Shown here: positions 11,601 through 24,346 of the stretch, piece by piece
Position numbering within the stretch: the first letter of the stretch is position 1
Layout: every line of letters starts with the position of its first letter
NCBI RefSeq assembly: GCF_964355755.1
Contig: NW_027306095.1
Coordinates: forward strand, 434,001 to 498,000
From: Antedon mediterranea
Lineage: Eukaryota > Animalia > Echinodermata
Length of the DNA stretch: 64,000 nucleotides
Reading direction: 5' to 3'
Translations under genes and position numbers: made by a program
The notes under the pieces: model-generated
What the model saw: only the letters and a program-made list of their open reading frames with translations
Databases searched by the model: none
What the model was told of the DNA's origin: nothing

Positions 11601-14517
11601 ACAAAATGGTCTAAAACGTCTGCAAATGCGATTTGAAGCTATTTTGTGCACTTTGTCGTTTTTGTGTGAAAAGTTTCATCGAAATGCTCAAAATGGTCTA
11701 AAACGTCTCCAAATGCGATTTGAAGCAATTTTGTGCACTTTGATGTTTTTGTGTGAAAAGTTTCATCGAAATGCACAAAATGGTCTCTAAAACGTCTGCA
11801 AATGCGATTTGAAGCTATTTTGTGCACTTTGTCGTTTTTGTGTGAAAAGTTTTTTCGAAATGCACAAAATGGTCTAAAACGTCTCCAAATGCGATTTGGA
11901 GCTCTTTTGTGCACTTTGATGTTTTGTGTAAAAAGTTTGCTATTTTGTGCACTTTAATGTTTTGTGTGAAAAGTTTTATCGAAATGCTCAAAATTGTCTC
12001 AAACGGTTTCAAATGTGATTTTAAGCACTTTGATATTTTTGTGTAATCAAGTTTTTTCGAAATGCACAACATGGTCTAAAACGTCTCCAAATGCGATTTG
12101 AAGCTATTTTGTGCACTTTGATGTTTTTGTGTGAAAAGTTTATTCGAAATGCACAAAATGGTCTAAAACGTCTCTAAATGCGATTTGAAGTTATTTTGTG
12201 CACTTTGATGTTTTGTGTGAAAAGTTTTATCGAAATGCTCAAAATGGTCTAAAACGGTTTCAAATGTGATTTTAAGCACTTTGATATTTTTGTGTAATCA
12301 AGTTTCATCGAAATGCTCAAAATGGTCTAAAACGTCTCCAAATGCGATTTGAAGCTATTTTGTGCACTTTGATGTTTTTTTGTGAAAAGTTTCATCGAAA
12401 TGCACAAAATGGTCTAAAACGTCTCTAAATGCGATTTGAAGCTATTTTGTGCACTTTGATGTTTTTGTGTGAAAAGTTTCATCGAAATGCACAAAATGGT
12501 CTAAAACGTCTCTAAATGCGATTTGAAGCTATTTTGTGCACTTTGATGTTTTTTTGTGAAAAGTTTCATCGAAATGCACAAAATGGTCTAAAACGTCTCT
12601 AAATGCGATTTGAAGCTATTTTGTGCACTTTGATGTTTTTTTGTGAAAAGTTTCATCGAAATGCACAAAATTGTCTAAAACGTCTCTAAATGCGATTTGA
12701 AGCTATTTTGTGCACTTTGTCGTTTTTGTGTGAAAAGTTTTTTCGAAATGCACAAAATGGTCTAAAACGTCTCCAAATGCGATTTGAAGCAATTTTGTGC
12801 ACTTTGATGTTTTGTGTAATCCAGTTTCATCGAAATGTACAAAATTGTCTAAAACGTCTCTAAATGCGATTTGAAGCTATTTTGTGCACTTTGTCGTTTT
12901 TGTGTGAAAAGTTTTTTCGAAATGCACAAAATGGTCTAAAACGTCTCCAATTGCGATTTGAAGTTATTTTGTGCACTTTGATGTTTTGTGTGAAAAGTTT
13001 TATCGAAATGCTCAAAATGGTCTAAAACGGTTTCAAATGTGATTTTAAGCACTTTGATATTTTTGTATAATCAAGTTAAATCGAAATGCACAAAATGGTC
13101 TAAAACGTCTGCAAATGCGATTTAAAGCTATTTTGTGCACTTTAATGTTTTGTGTGAAAAGTTTTATCGAAATTCTCAAAATGGTCTAAAACGGTTTCAA
13201 ATGTGATTTTAAGCACTTTGATGTTTTTGTGTAATCAAGTTTCATCGAAAAGCACAAAATGGTTTAAAACATCTGCAAATGCGATTTGAAGCTATTTTGT
13301 GCACTTTGATGTTTTTGTGTGAAAAGTTTCATCGAAATGCACAAAATTGTCTAAAACGTTTCCAAATACGATATTAAGCTATTGTATGCACTTTGATATT
13401 TTTGAGTGAAAAGTTTCATCGAAATGCACAAAATGGTCTAAAACGTCTCTAAATGCGATTTGAAGCTATTTTGTGCACTTTGATGTTTTTGTGTGAAAAG
13501 TTTCATCGAAATGCACAAAATGGTCTAAAACGTCTCTAAATGCGATTTGAAGCTATTTTGTGCACTTTGATGTTTTTTTGTGAAAAGTTTCATCGAAATG
13601 CACAAAATGGTCTAAAACGTCTCTAAATGCGATTTGAAGCTATTTTGTGCACTTTGTCGTTTTTGTGTGAAAAGTTTCATCGAAATGCTCAAAATGGTCT
13701 AAAACGTCTCCAAATGCGATTTGAAGCAATTTTGTGCACTTTGATGTTTTTGTGTGAAAAGTTTCATCGAAATGCACAAAATGGTCTAAAACGTCTGCAA
13801 ATGCGATTTGAAGCTATTTTGTGAACTTTGATGTTTTTTTGTGAAAAGTTTCATCGAAATGCACAAAATTATCTAAAACGTCTCTAAATGCGATTTGAAG
13901 CTATTTTGTGCACTTTGATGTTTTTTTGTGAAAAGTTTCATCGAAATGTACAAAATTGTCTAAAACGTCTCTAAATGCGATTTGAAGCTATTTTGTGCAC
14001 TTTGTCGTTTTTGTGTGAAAAGTTTCATCGAAATGCTCAAAATGGTCTAAAACGTTTCCAAATGCGATTTGAAGCAATTTTGTGCACTTTGATGTTTTTG
14101 TGTGAAAAGTTTCATCGAAATGCACAAAATGGTCTAAAACGTCTGCAAATGCGATTTGAAGCTATTTTGTGCACTTTGTCGTTTTTGTGTGAAAAGTTTT
14201 TTCGAAATGCACAAAATGGTCTAAAACGTCTCCAAATGCGATTTGAAGCAATTTTGTGCACTTTGATTTTTTGTGTAATCCAGTTTCATCGAAATGTACA
14301 AAATTGTCAAAAACGTCTCTAAATGCGATTTGAAGCTATTTTGTGCACTTTGTCGTTTTTGTGTGAAAAGTTTTTTCGAATTGCACAAAATGGTCTAAAA
14401 CGTCTCCAATTGCGATTTGAAGTTATTTTGTGCACTTTGATGTTTTGTGTGAAAAGTTTTATCGAAATGCTCAAAATGGTCTAAAACGGTTTCAAATGTG
14501 ATTTTAAGCACTTTGAT
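2634..14517 (+). repeat. 11.9-kb segmental duplication, copy 1
   Basis: ORF offsets to copy 2 are all 33,465 (2745/36210, 6351/39816, 9289/42754, 13975/47440). Rare variants are shared (GCACAATATGG, GTCAAAAACG, AAGCTTTTTT, AAGCAGTTTG). Confidence 0.95.
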
Positions 14518-16248
14518 GTTTTTGTGTAATCAAGTTTCATCGAAATGCACAAAATGGTTTAAAACGTCTGCAAATGCGATTTGAAGCTATTTTGTGCACT
14601 TTGATGTTTTTGTGTGAAAAGTTTCATCGAAATGCACAAAATTGTCTAAAACGTCTCCAAATTCGATATTAAGCTATTATATGCACTTTGATGTTTTTGA
14701 GTGAAAAGTTTTTTCGAAATGCACAAAATGTTCTAAAACGTCTCCAAATGCCATTTGGAGCTCTTTTGTGCACTTTAATTTTTTTTGTGTAAAAGTTTTC
14801 TATTTTGTGCACTTTTAATGTTTTGTGTGAAAAGTTTTATCGAAATGCTCAAAATTGTCTAAAACGGTTTCAAATGTGATTTTAAGCACTTTGATATTTT
14901 TGTGTAATCAAGTTTTTTCGAAATGCACAACATGGTCTAAAACGTCTCCAAATGCGATTTGAAGCTATTTTGTGCACTTTGATGTTTTTTTGTGAAAAGT
15001 TTCATCGAAATGCACAAAATGGTCTAAAACGTCTGCAAATGCGATTTGAAGCTATTTTATGCACTTTGATGTTTTTTTGTGAAAAGTTTCATCGAAAGGC
15101 ACAAAATTGTCTAAAACGTCTCTAAATGCGATTTGAAGCTATTTTGTGCACTTTGTCGTTTTTGTGTGAAAAGTTTCATCGAAATGCTCAAAATTGTCTA
15201 AAACGGTTTCAAATGTGATTTTAAGCACTTTGATATTTTTGTGTAATCAAGTTTTTTCGAAATGGACAACATGGTCTAAAACGTCTCCAAATGCGATTTG
15301 AAGCTATTTTGTGCACTTTGATGTTTTTGTGTGAAAAGTTTCATCGAAATGCACAAAATGGTCTAAAACGTCTCTAAATGCGATTTGAAGCTATTTTGTG
15401 CACTTTGTCGTTTTTGTGTGAAAAGTTTTTTCGAAATGCACAAAATGGTCTAAAACGTCTCCAATTGCGATTTGAAGTTATTTTGTGCACTTTGATGTTT
15501 TGTGTGAAAAGTTTTATCGAAATGCTCAAAATGGTCTAAAACGGTTTCAAATGTGATTTTAAGCACTTTGATGTTTTTGTGTAATCAAGTTTCATCGAAA
15601 TGCACAAAATGGTTTAAAACGTCTGCAAATGCGATTTGAAGCTATTTTGTGCACTTTGATGTTTTTGTGTGAAAAGTTTCATCGAAATGCACAAAATTGT
15701 CTAAAACGTCTCCAAATTCGATATTAAGCTATTATATGCACTTTGATGTTTTTGAGTGAAAAGTTTTTTCGAAATGCACAAAATGTTCTAAAACGTCTCC
15801 AAATGCCATTTGGAGCTCTTTTGTGCACTTTAATTTTTTTTGTGTAAAAGTTTTCTATTTTGTGCACTTTTAATGTTTTGTGTGAAAAGTTTTATCGAAA
15901 TGCTCAAAATTGTCTAAAACGGTTTCAAATGTGATTTTAAGCACTTTGATATTTTTGTGTAATCAAGTTTTTTCGAAATGCACAACATGGTCTAAAACGT
16001 CTCCAAATGCGATTTGAAGCTATTTTGTGCACTTTGATGTTTTTTTGTGAAAAGTTTCATCGAAATGCACAAAATGGTCTAAAACGTCTGCAAATGCGAT
16101 TTGAAGCTATTTTATGCACTTTGATGTTTTTTTGTGAAAAGTTTCATCGAAAGGCACAAAATTGTCTAAAACGTCTCTAAATGCGATTTGAAGCTATTTT
16201 GTGCACTTTGTCGTTTTTGTGTGAAAAGTTTCATCGAAATGCTCAAAA
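14311..16248 (+). repeat. Local duplication, period 1055 bp
   Basis: Rare variants ATTCGATATT (14661/15716), GCCATTTGGAG, AAAAGTTTTCTATT and TTTTATGCAC each occur in both copies. Confidence 0.9.
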
Positions 16249-17150
16249 TGGTCTAAAACGTCTCCAAATGCGATTTGAAGCAATTTTGTGCACTTTGATG
16301 TTTTTGTGTGAAAAGTTTCATCGAAATGCACAAAATGGTCTAAAACGTCTGCAAATGCGATTTGAAGCTATTTTGTGCACTTTGTCGTTTTTGTGTGAAA
16401 AGTTTTTTTGAAATGCACAAAATGGTTGGTCTAAAACGTCTCCAAATGCGATTTGAAGCAATTTTGTGCACTTTGATGTTTTGTGTAATCCAGTTTCATC
16501 GCAATGTACAAAATTGTCTAAAACGTCTCTAAATGCGATTTGAAGCTATTTTGTGCACCTTGTCGTTTTTGTGTGAAAAGTTTCATCGAAATGCACAAAA
16601 TGGTCTAAAACGTCTCCAATTGCGATTTGAAGTTATTTTGTGCACTTTGATGTTTTGTGTGAAAAGTTTTATCGAAATGCTCAAAATGGTCTAAAACGGT
16701 TTCAAATGTGATTTTAAGCACTTTGATATTTTTGTGTAATCAAGTTTCATCGAAATTCACAAAATGGTCTAAAACGTCTGCAAATGCGATTTAAAGCTAT
16801 TTTGTGCACTTTAATGTTTTGTGTGAAAAGTTTTATCGAAATTCTCAAAATGGTCTAAAACGGTTTCAAATGTGATTTTAAGCACTTTGATGTTTTTGTG
16901 TAATCAAGTTTCATCGAAATGCACTAAATGGTTTAAAACGTCTGCAATTGCGATTTGAAGCTATTTTGTGCACTTTGATGTTTTTGTGTGAAAAGTTTCA
17001 TCGAAATGCCCAAAATTGTCTAAAACGTCTCCAAATACGATATTAAGCTATTGTATGCACTTTGATGTTTTTGAGTGAAAAGTTTTTTCGAAATGCACAA
17101 AATGGTCTAAAACGTCTCCAAATGCGATTTGGAGCTCTTTTGTGCACTTT

Positions 17151-20100
17151 GATGTTTTGTGTAAAAAGTTTGCTATTTTGTGCACTTTAATGTTTTGTGT
17201 GAAAAGTTTTATCGAAATGCTCAAAATTGTCTAAAACGGTTTCAAATGTGATTTTAAGCACTTTGATATTTTTGTGTAATCAAGTTTTTTCGAAACGCAC
17301 AACATGGTCTAAAACGTCTCTAAATGCGATTTGAAGCTATTTTGTGCACTTTGATGTTTTTTTGTGAAAAGTTTCATCGAAATGCACAAAATGGTCTAAA
17401 ACGTCTCTAAATGCGATTTGAAGCTATTTTGTGAACTTTGATGTTTTTGTGTGAAAAGTTTCATCGAAATGCTCAAAATGGTCTAAAACGTCTCCAAATG
17501 CGATTTGAAGCAATTTTGTGCAATTTGATGTTTTTGTGTGAAAAGTTTCATCGAAATGCACAAAATGGTCTAAAACGTCTGCAAATGCGATTTGAAGCTA
17601 TTTTGTGCACTTTGATGCTTTTGTGTGAAAAGTTTCATCGAAATGCACAAAATTGTCTAAAACGTCTCCAAATACGATATTAAGCTATTGTATGCACTTT
17701 GATGTTTTTGAGTGAAAAGTTTTTTCGAAATGCACAAAATGGTCTAAAACGTCTCCAAATGCGATTTGGAGCTCTTTTGTGCACTTTGATGTTTTGTGTA
17801 AAAAGTTTGCTATTTTGTGCACTTTAATGTTTTGTGTGAAAAGTTTTATCGAAATGCTCAAAATTGTCTAAAACGGTTTCAAATGTGATTTTAAGCACTT
17901 TGATATTTTTGTGTAATCAAGTTTTTTCGAAACGCACAACATGGTCTAAAACGTCTCTAAATGCGATTTGAAGCTATTTTGTGCACTTTGATGTTTTTTT
18001 GTGAAAAGTTTCATCGAAATGCACAAAATGGTCTAAAACGTCTCTAAATGCGATTTGAAGCTATTTTGTGCACTTTGTCGTTTTTGTGTGAAAAGTTTCA
18101 TCGAAATGCTCAAAATGGTCTAAAACGTCTCCAAATGCGATTTGAAGCAATTTTGTGCAATTTGATGTTTTTGTGTGAAAAGTTTCATCGAAATGCACAA
18201 AATGGTCTAAAACGTCTGCAAATGCGATTTGAAGCTATTTTGTGCACTTTGATGTTTTTTTGTGAAAAGTTTCATCGAAATGCACAAAATTGTCTAAAAC
18301 GTCTCTAAATGCGATTTGAAGCTATTTTGTGCACTTTGTCGTTTTTGTGTGAAAAGTTTCATCGAAATGCTCAAAATGGTCTAAAACGTCTCCAAATGCG
18401 ATTTGAAGCAATTTTGTGCACTTTGATGTTTTTGTGTGAAAAGTTTCATCGAAATGCACAAAATGGTCTAAAACGTCTGCAAATGCGATTTGAAGCTATT
18501 TTGTGCACTTTGTCGTTTTTGTGTGAAAAGTTTTTTCGAAATGCACAAAATGGTCTAAAACGTCTCCAATTGCGATTTGAAGTTATTTTGTGCACTTTGA
18601 TGTTTTGTGTGAAAAGTTTTATCGAAATGCTCAAAATGGTCTAAAACGGTTTCAAATGTGATTTTAAGCACTTTGATATTTTTGTGTAATCAAGTTTCAT
18701 CGAAATGCACAAAATGGTCTAAAACGTCTGCAAATGCGATTTAAAGCTATTTTGTGCACTTTAATGTTTTGTGTGAAAAGTTTTATCAAAATTCTCAAAA
18801 TGGTCTAAAACGGTTTCAAATGTGATTTTAAGCACTTTGATGTTTTTGTGTAATCAAGTTTCATCGAAATGCACTAAATGGTTTAAAACGTCTGCAAATG
18901 CGATTTGAAGCTATTTTGTGCACTTTGAAGTTTTTGTGTGAAAAGTTTCATCGAAATGCACAAAATTGTCTAAAACGTCTCCAAATACGATATTAAGCTA
19001 TTGTATGCACTTTGATGTTTTTGAGTGAAAAGTTTTTTCGAAATGCACAAAAGGGTCTAAAACGTCTCTAAATGCGATTTGGAGCTCTTTTGTGCACTTT
19101 GATGTTTTGTGTAAAAAGTTTGCTATTTTGTGCACTTTAATGTTTTGTGTGAAAAGTTTTATCGAAATGCTCAAAATTGTCTAAAACGGTTTCAAATGTG
19201 ATTTTAAGCACTTTGATATTTTTGTGTAATCAAGTTTTTTCGAAATGCACAACATGGTCTAAAACGTCTCCAAATGCGATTTGAAGCTATTTTGTGCACT
19301 TTGATGTTTTTGTGTGAAAAGTTTCATCGAAATGCACAAAATGGTCTAAAACGTCTCTAAATGCGATTTGAAGCTATTTTGTGCACTTTGATGTTTTTGT
19401 GTGAAAAGTTTCATCGAAATGCACAAAATGGTCTAAAACGTCTCTAAATGCGATTTGAAGCTATTTTGTGCACTTTGTCGTTTTTGTGTGAAAAGTTTCA
19501 TCGAAATGCTCAAAATGGTCTAAAACGTCTCCAAATGCGATTTGAAGCTATTTTGTGCACTTTGATGTTTTTTTGTGAAAAGTTTCATCGAAATGCACAA
19601 AATGGTCTAAAACGTCTCTAAATGCGATTTGAAGCTGTTTTGTGCACTTTGATGTTTTTGTGTGAAAAGTTTCATCGAAATGCACAAAATGGTCTAAAAC
19701 GTCTCTAAATGCGATTTGAAGCTATTTTGTGCACTTTGATGTTTTTTTGTGAAAAGTTTCATCGAAATGCACAAAATGGTCTAAAACGTCTCTAAATGCG
19801 ATTTGAAGCTATTTTGTGCACTTTGTCGTTTTTGTGTGAAAAGTTTCATCGAAATGCTCAAAATGGTCTAAAACGTCTCCAAATGCGATTTGAAGCAATT
19901 TTGTGCAATTTGATGTTTTTGTGTGAAAAGTTTCATCGAAATGCACAAAATGGTCTAAAACGTCTCCAAATGCGATTTGAAGCTATTTTGTGCACTTTGA
20001 TGTTTTTTTGTGAAAAGTTACATCGAAATGCACAAAATTGTCTAAAACGTCTCTAAATCCGATTTGAAGCTATTTTGTGCACTTTGTCGTTTTTGTGTGA

Positions 20101-23100
20101 AAAGTTTCATCGAAATGCTCAAAATGGTCTAAAACGTCTCCAAATGCGATTTGAAGCAATTTTGTGCACTTTGATGTTTTTGTGTGAAAAGTTTCATCGA
20201 AATGCACAAAATGGTCTAAAACGTCTGCAAATGCGATTTGAAGCTATTTTGTGCACTTTGTCGTTTTTGTGTGAAAGGTTTTTTCGAAATGCACAAAATG
20301 GTCTAAAACGTCTCCAATTGCGATTTGAAGTTATTTTGTGCACTTTGATGTTTTGTGTGAAAAGTTTTATCGAAATGCTCAAAATGGTCTAAAACGGTTT
20401 CAAATGTGATTTTAAGCACTTTGATATTTTTGTGTAATCAAGTTTCATCGAAATGCACAAAATGGTCTAAAACGTCTGCAAATGCGATTTAAAGCTATTT
20501 TGTGCACTTTAATGTTTTGTGTGAAAAGTTTTATCGAAATTCTCAAAATGGTCTAAAACGGTTTCAAATGTGATTTTAAGCACTTTGATTTTTTTGTGTA
20601 ATCAAGTTTCATCGAAATGCACAAAATGGTTTAAAACGTCTGCAAATGCGATTTGAAGCTATTTTGTGCACTTTGATGTTTTTGTGTGAAAAGTTTCATC
20701 GAAATGCACAAAATTGTCTAAAACGTCTCCAAATGCGATTTTGAGCTCTTTTGTACACTTTGATGTTTTGTGTAAAAAGTTTGCTATTTTGTGCACTTTA
20801 ATGTTTTGTGTGAAAAGTTTTATCGAAATGCTCAAAATTGTCTATAACGGTTTCAAATGTGATTTTAAGCACTTTGATATTTTTGTGTAATCAAGTTTTT
20901 TCGAAACGCACAACATGGTCTAAAACGTCTCTAAATGCGATTTGAAGCTATTTTGTGCACTTTGATGTTTTTTTGTGAAAAGTTTCATCGAAATGCACAA
21001 AATGGTCTAAAACGTCTCTAAATGCGATTTGAAGCTATTTTGTGCACTTTGTCGTTTTTGTGTGAAAAGTTTCATCGAAATGCTCAAAATGGTCTAAAAC
21101 GTCTCCAAATGCGATTTGAAGCAATTTTGTGCAATTTGATGTTTTTGTGTGAAAAGTTTCATCGAAATGCACAAAATGGTCTAAAACGTCTGCAAATGCG
21201 ATTTGAAGCTATTTTGTGCACTTTGATGTTTTTGTGTGAAAAGTTTCATCGAAATGCACAAAATTGTCTAAAACGTCTCCAAATACGATATTAAGCTATT
21301 GTATGCACTTTGATGTTTTTGAGTGAAAAGTTTTTTCGAAATGCACAAAATGGTCTAAAACGTCTCCAAATGCGATTTGGAGCTCTTTTGTGCACTTTGA
21401 TGTTTTGTGTAAAAAGTTTACTATTTTGTGCACTTTAATGTTTTGTGTGAAAAGTTTTATCGAAATGCTCAAAATTGTCTAAAACGGTTTCAAATGTGAT
21501 TTTAAGCACTTTGATATTTTTGTGTAATCAAGTTTTTTCGAAACGCACAACATGGTCTAAAACGTCTCTAAATGCGATTTGAAGCTATTTTGTGCACTTT
21601 GATGTTTTTTTGTGAAAAGTTTCATCGAAATGCACAAAATGGTCTAAAACGTCTCTAAATGCGATTTGAAGCTATTTTTTGCACTTTGTCGTTTTTGTGT
21701 GAAAAGTTTCATCGAAATGCTCAAAATGGTCTAAAACGTCTCCAAATGCGATTTGAAGCAATTTTGTGCAATTTGATGTTTTTGTGTGAAAAGTTTCATC
21801 GAAATGCACAAAATGGTCTAAAACGTCTGCAAATGCGATTTGAAGCTATTTTGTGCACTTTGATGTTTTTTTGTGAAAAGTTTCATCGAAATGCACAAAA
21901 TTGTCTAAAACGTCTCTAAATGCGATTTGAAGCTATTTTGTGCACTTTGTCGTTTTTGTGTGAAAAGTTTCATCGAAATGCTCAAAATGGTCTAAAACGT
22001 CTCCAAATGCGATTTGAAGCAATTTTGTGCACTTTGATGTTTTTGTGTGAAAAGTTTCATCGAAATGCACAAAATGGTCTAAAACGTCTGCAAATGCGAT
22101 TTGAAGCTATTTTGTGCACTTTGTCGTTTTTGTGTGAAAAGTTTTTTCGAAATGCACAAAATGGTCTAAAACGTCTCCAATTGCGATTTGAAGTTATTTT
22201 GTGCACTTTGATGTTTTGTGTGAAAAGTTTTATCGAAATGCTCAAAATGGTCTAAAACGGTTTCAAATGTGATTTTAAGCACTTTGATATTTTTGTGTAA
22301 TCAAGTTTCATCGAAATGCACAAAATGGTCTAAAACGTCTGCAAATGCGATTTAAAGCTATTTTGTGCACTTTAATGTTTTGTGTGAAAAGTTTTATCAA
22401 AATTCTCAAAATGGTCTAAAACGGTTTCAAATGTGATTTTAAGCACTTTGATGTTTTTGTGTAATCAAGTTTCATCGAAATGCACTAAATGGTTTAAAAC
22501 GTCTGCAAATGCGATTTGAAGCTATTTTGTGCACTTTGATGTTTTTGTGTGAAAAGTTTCATCGAAATGCACAAAATTGTCTAAAACGTCTCCAAATACG
22601 ATATTAAGCTATTGTATGCACTTTGATGTTTTTGAGTGAAAAGTTTTTTCGAAATGCACAAAAGGGTCTAAAACGTCTCCAAATGCGATTTGGAGCTCTT
22701 TTGTGCACTTTGATGTTTTGTGTAAAAAGTTTGCTATTTTGTGCACTTTAATGTTTTGTGTGAAAAGTTTTTTTGAAATGCTCAAAATTGTCTAAAACGG
22801 TTTCAAATGTGATTTTAAGCACTTTGATATTTTTGTGTAATCAAGTTTTTTCGAAATGCACAACATGGTCTAAAACGTCTCCAAATGCGATTTGAAGCTA
22901 TTTTGTGCACTTTGATGTTTTTGTGTGAAAAGTTTCATCGAAATGCACAAAATGGTCTAAAACGTCTCTAAATGCGATTTGAAGCTATTTTGTGCACTTT
23001 GATGTTTTTGTGTGAAAAGTTTCATCGAAATGCACAAAATGGTCTAAAACGTCTCTAAATGCGATTTGAAGCTATTTTGTGCACTTTGTCGTTTTTGTGT

Positions 23101-24346
23101 GAAAAGTTTCATCGAAATGCTCAAAATGGTCTAAAACGTCTCCAAATGCGATTTGAAGCTATTTTGTGCACTTTGATGTTTTTTTGTGAAAAGTTTCATC
23201 GAAATGCACAAAATGGTCTAAAACGTCTCTAAATGCGATTTGAAGCTGTTTTGTGCACTTTGATGTTTTTGTGTGAAAAGTTTCATCGAAATGCACAAAA
23301 TGGTCTAAAACGTCTCTAAATGCGATTTGAAGCTATTTTGTGCACTTTGATGTTTTTTTTGTGAAAAGTTTCATCGAAATGCACAAAATGGTCTAAAACG
23401 TCTCTAAATCCGATTTGAAGCTATTTTGTGCACTTTGTCGTTTTTGTGTGAAAAGTTTCATCGAAATGCTCAAAATGGTCTAAAACGTCTCCAAATGCGA
23501 TTTGAAGCAATTTTGTGCAATTTGATGTTTTTGTGTGAAAAGTTTCATCGAAATGCACAAAATGGTCTAAAACGTCTCCAAATGCGATTTGAAGCTATTT
23601 TGTGCACTTTGATGTTTTTTTGTGAAAAGTTACATCGAAATGCACAAAATTGTCTAAAACGTCTCTAAATCCGATTTGAAGCTATTTTGTGCACTTTGTC
23701 GTTTTTGTGTGAAAAGTTTCATCGAAATGCTCAAAATGGTCTAAAACGTCTCCAAATGCGATTTGAAGCAATTTTGTGCACTTTGATGTTTTTGTGTGAA
23801 AAGTTTCATCGAAATGCACAAAATGGTCTAAAACGTCTGCAAATGCGATTTGAAGCTATTTTGTGCACTTTGTCGTTTTTGTGTGAAAAGTTTTTTCGAA
23901 ATGCACAAAATGGTCTAAAACGTCTCCAATTGCGATTTGAAGTTATTTTGTGCACTTTGATGTTTTGTGTGAAAAGTTTTATCAAAATGCTCAAAATGGT
24001 CTAAAACGGTTTCAAATGTGATTTTAAGCACTTTGATATTTTTGTGTAATCAAGTTTCATCGAAATGCACAAAATGGTCTAAAACGTCTGCAAATGCGAT
24101 TTAAAGCTATTTTGTGCACTTTAATGTTTTGTGTGAAAAGTTTTATCGAAATTCTCAAAATGGTCTAAAACGGTTTCAAATGTGATTTTAAGAACTTTGA
24201 TTTTTTTGTGTAATCAAGTTTCATCGAAATGCACAAAATGGTTTAAAACGTCTGCAAATGCGATTTGAAGCTATTTTGTGCACTTTGATGTTTTTGTGTG
24301 AAAAGTTTCATCGAAATGCACAAAATTGTCTAAAACGTCTCCAAAT
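17151..24346 (+). repeat. Tandem duplication, period 3611/3612 bp, containing 637- and 1748-bp sub-periods
   Basis: ORF offsets 18048/21659, 18309/21920 and 20075/23687. Shared variants GTGCAATTTG, AAACGCACAAC, AAGCTGTTTT, AAGTTACATC, AAATCCGATT. Confidence 0.92.

Larger units (their letters stand above)
1..13793 (+). repeat. ~8.1-kb higher-order repeat (period 8118 bp), about 1.7 copies
   Basis: ORF pairs 1171/9289, 2136/10254, 2745/10863 and 3439/11557 are all offset by 8118. ~640-5675 matches ~8758-13793, and 1-625 matches 7493-8117 (offset 7492). Confidence 0.92.
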
